Shown piece after piece: positions 61,849 to 64,000 of a DNA stretch of 64,000 bases. The notes beneath the pieces were generated by a model. That model did no database searches. It was not told where the DNA came from and worked only from the letters and a program-made list of their open reading frames with translations. Position 1 is the first letter of the stretch, and each line of letters starts with the position of its first letter. The stretch covers positions 4,526,001 to 4,590,000 of the forward strand of contig JBHGNT010000009.1 in the NCBI GenBank assembly GCA_043228905.1, in the 5' to 3' direction. This DNA comes from Azolla caroliniana (Eukaryota; Plantae; Polypodiophyta). A program made the translations under genes and the position numbers.

Positions 61849-64000
61849 TGTCGCAAAGTTACTTGGGCGGGACCACGGGGGTCTTGGACTAGGGAGCACT
61901 CAAGGGATAGAGAAGACCCGAGGTTTGCTTTACGACAATACTACTTCCCGACCCCTTCCCAAGTAGCCCATACAAGGGCTCGACTAGGTGAGCGTAGTGC
62001 ACGATCTAGATGTGGTAGAATGCATAGGCACCAAGAAATCGCCTCACCTCTGTTTGTGATTTACATTCTTCCCTCATGTCTGTGATGGCGTCCACCTTTG
62101 CCGGGGATGGCTTCCGCCCGTATGCCTCGCACAAGTGTCCCACGACAAGAATCTCCGGTTGGCCGAATGCTGATTTCTCACCCGAGAAGGTCAAGCGTGC
62201 ATCTTCGAGTCTTTGTAGAACCTTTTCGCAATCGGAGATGTGATATGCCACAAAACGTCTGCACCCATCCTCGTCCAAGGTTTCATCTTTCTCCGCTTTA
62301 GAGCACCCTTTTATGGGGATATCATTGAGGAATGGCATGGTGATGTCAGGGATGCAATCTCTCAATACCTTGTTCATTGCATTTACCATGTGGGCTACAG
62401 AGTTGGTGCCTCCTTGTGGCAAGGTACACATTCACACTAGGCCAATAGGGGTCCACATTGTCGTGATGTCCCTACTCTCCACAACTAGTTGGAATTGATC
62501 ATACCCCGAGTATAGATCATTGATCGAATACATAGACCTTCCAGCGAAGGCCTCGGCGAATTCGTCAACACTCGGCCCAACCCCTGCATTTCGAATTGTC
62601 ACTTGATTAACAAGTTGTAGGTCCCAGATGAAGCGTCAGGTGCCGTTCTTCTTTGGCACAGTGAACCACTGATTTGAGTATGGGGCGCTTGATGGCTCGA
62701 GGATACCCATCTCAATCTTTTCCTTGAGTAGCTCAATCAACATCGGGATGTGAGCTCTCGGAACCGGGATTGGTTTGATGTTCCACGGTACATGCGATAC
62801 CGTAAAGATCACCATTGGCTCCACGATCTTAGGGTTTATGCACCCTATCTCACCCGACGAGAAGGCAAAAGCCCTTCCGTGGCTTTCGATCATCCTTCTA
62901 AATCTTTCTTCCTCCCTAGGCAATAGGAAGCCACCCTCACCAATTCGGAGCTTCTGTCGTGTCTCGTCGGTGAACCGATGCCCTATGCCTCGTGGGTCCC
63001 GCAAGCTGGGATCAGCCGCTACCCCCTTTATTTGATCCCAACTATCGTTAGGCAATGGGGCAACCACAGGCTTCACCTTCTTGTCCACGGTCTTGTATTT
63101 TGTTTGCACATTGACCGTCCGCGCTTCCTCGATCAACCGCCCAAGCTCTTCGATGGCGGTGTACATGTCAATTGAGTTGACTAGAATTACCTTGACTTCA
63201 TTGAGGCCTGAAATGACTATCCTCTCCATCTCTCTAAGAGTGTCGTCGAACGAGACCACCTCCGTGGCATCGCTTATGGTGTCATCTTCCCCCAATAAAT
63301 TACATTGTTTGAGATACCTTTCGTATGTCTTGGCCCAAGGCTTATCTCTATAAGTTAAACTAGTAATTTTACAAGCTCCATTTTCGGAGAAACAAAATTG
63401 TTTCCTATTACATTTAATAGTTTTGCAAGGGTTTAGGGTCTTAGTTTGCCTCAGGCTATTGCGACCCCACTCTTTAATAGCCCGCATAAAAAATCCTCTC
63501 GGTTCTCCCCTTTGAAGGAGGCTCGATTGTGCTCATGGTTGGGCCTCACCGTAAGGAATTGGACCGAATGCTTCCCATCTTGGCTCTTGACCCTCGCATA
63601 TGCTGACCCATTGTCTAGCACCTTTGTCTCCATGTGAGCCGCCGTGATGTATGGTTCACCCAAGATGATCGGGTGTGAGGACGTCTCTTGAACAAAGAAA
63701 TGTTGATCTATTTCTATGTCCCTCACCTTCACCCGTACATTCGGGCAAGCCCCGTATAGCTCCTCGGTTGCTCGGGTCGCCGCTCTAATCTTCCACCCGT
63801 GCTTCGTGTTGATCGGCCACTTTCCCTTTTTATAAAAGTCCATGGACATAAGGTTGATCTCAGAGCCATGGTCGATCAATGCTACAACCATCTCTTTTAC
63901 AACTCCGACCCGTACCGGTGTCTCCGTTGTCACTCTCGCCCAATGTGGCCTCGTGTAGTGAATGTCCGCATCGTCCTTGTCTTCGCAGGCTTTGCCACTT
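61849..64000 (-). mobile_element. Degenerate Ty3/gypsy LTR retrotransposon (protease, RT; RNase H and integrase absent; short LTR-like end at 61849-61937), continuing beyond the window
   Basis: Protease 'VALIDHGSEINLM..IILGEP'. RT 'ILEPSSAPYSNQWFTVPKKNG', 'DLYSGYDQ', 'LPQGGTNS', 'FLND' (decayed YxDD), 'EVRRFLG', with in-frame stops. Left end TGTCGCAAAG...CTTTACGACA adjoining a purine-rich tract on the minus strand. Confidence 0.88.
63434..63493 (-). other. Predicted programmed -1 ribosomal frameshift signal (U_UUU_UUA + H-type pseudoknot)
   Basis: Heptamer T TTT TTA (63493-63487) in correct phase at the overlap of the protease ORF (0 frame) and RT ORF (-1 frame). Stem 1 CGGGCTATT/AATAGCCTG, stem 2 TGGGGTC/GACCCTA. 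Confidence 0.6.

Overview
Eukaryotic land-plant genomic DNA, probably a fern or other non-seed vascular plant (inferred from gene and TE content; species not determinable). It is AT-rich, microsatellite-rich and has one 100-N assembly gap. Seven protein-coding genes could be reconstructed by hand with canonical GT-AG introns: an NSP2-like GRAS transcription factor with a miR171-type target site (+), a mitochondrial-type ribosomal protein L9 (-, 6 exons, Ty1/copia relic in intron 1), a PH-domain oxysterol-binding-related protein (-, 10 exons), a U-type cyclin (-, 2 coding exons), isopentenyl phosphate kinase (+, 12 exons), an intronless secreted A1 aspartic protease nested antisense inside IPK intron 9, and an intronless NILR1/At1g74360-like island-domain LRR receptor kinase (-). 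The right end holds LINE fragments, one with poly(A) and a 14-bp TSD, and a degenerate Ty3/gypsy element. In that element the protease and RT ORFs meet at a U_UUU_UUA slippery site followed by a predicted H-type pseudoknot. No rRNA, tRNA or CRISPR was seen. All homology calls are from recalled motifs, not database searches.
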